Shown here piece after piece: positions 25,391 to 25,909 of a stretch of DNA of 25,909 bases (within the stretch, counting starts at the first letter, position 1; every line of letters starts with the position of its first letter). The notes below the pieces were generated by a model. It was given only the letters and a program-made list of their open reading frames with translations, had not been told where the DNA came from and did not search any database. The translations under genes and the position numbers were made by a program. This DNA comes from a virus (lineage: Duplodnaviria > Caudoviricetes): IMG/VR virus record IMGVR_UViG_3300037518_000482, positions 1-25,909 of that record; one strand, written 5' to 3'.

Positions 25391-25909
25391 TCATGGGTGC
25401 GGGATGGAGATCGGAACCGAACCGGCACCGGGGGAGGCGGCGAGGAACTTGTCCCCGCGGGGGTGGATGGTGTGCGTGGTGACGCCGGTCGTGGTGTGCA
25501 CCCAAGTGACGATGCCAGCGCCGAGCGTCACGGCGGTGAAGCTCCGACCATCAGCGGGGCCAGTGATGATGAAGGTGGTCGTGCCGGTGCCGGTGAGACC
25601 GTAGAGCGGACCGCCGACTCCGTTGTACTTGGCCAACTCAGCCTTCAGGCCGGTGGTGATCTCGGTCGCCGACGAGCCAGCATCCGAGAGGTAGGTCAGG
25701 TTGACCACGTTGCCGTTGAAAGTGATCTGCTCGGTGAACACCGTGTCGTTCGCCGACGTCGGCGTGCCGGTCCAGACATCAGCGGTGGCCAGCAGCGCAG
25801 CGCCAGCCGCATCGGTCACGGTGCCCGCGACGAAGTTGCCGACCGCGGTGTGCCGCACGTAGACGGGGGTGGCGACGCTCGTGTTGGGGATCGCCTTCTC
25901 GCCGTACGC
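25391..25909 (-). CDS. capsid decoration/cement protein (5'-partial) with inserted domain
   Basis: Frame open to the window end (AYGEKAIPNTSVATPVYVRHTA...); PVYVR motif; directly upstream of the major capsid gene. Confidence 0.7.
   Translation of the reverse strand, partial: AYGEKAIPNTSVATPVYVRHTAVGNFVAGTVTDAAGAALLATADVWTGTPTSANDTVFTEQITFNGNVVNLTYLSDAGSSATEITTGLKAELAKYNGVGGPLYGLTGTGTTTFIITGPADGRSFTAVTLGAGIVTWVHTTTGVTTHTIHPRGDKFLAASPGAGSVPISIPHP

Noticed and set aside
1-25909. CRISPR array, tRNA/rRNA, integrase, transposase, reverse transcriptase/DGR
   Set aside because: No supporting motifs or repeats seen by eye; free phage versus prophage cannot be decided from this window.

Overview
High-GC tailed-phage or prophage segment with two convergent halves. 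The right half (minus strand, ~10.5-25.9 kb) is a myovirus-type virion module: capsid decoration protein (partial), DUF2184-type major capsid protein, two paralogous post-capsid proteins, head-tail adaptor, neck, closure and terminator proteins, DUF3383-type sheath, tube, two chaperones, tape measure, Gp138-like spike and baseplate genes. No recognisable baseplate hub or tail fibre is present in the window. The left half (plus strand 1-7.9 kb, minus strand 7.8-10.5 kb) holds small accessory genes, including two candidate DNA-modification systems: a coupled ORF-ibrA-GNAT-ibrB cassette and a frameshifted Mom-like gene. Other notable signals are a GTGGTAnnTT extended -10 motif 6-7 nt before the start codon of four consecutive baseplate genes, a shared ~100-aa domain inserted in three virion proteins, an antisense moron inside the neck genes, and two frameshifts ~1.1 kb apart. 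All family calls come from motif recognition and gene order; no database searches were run.
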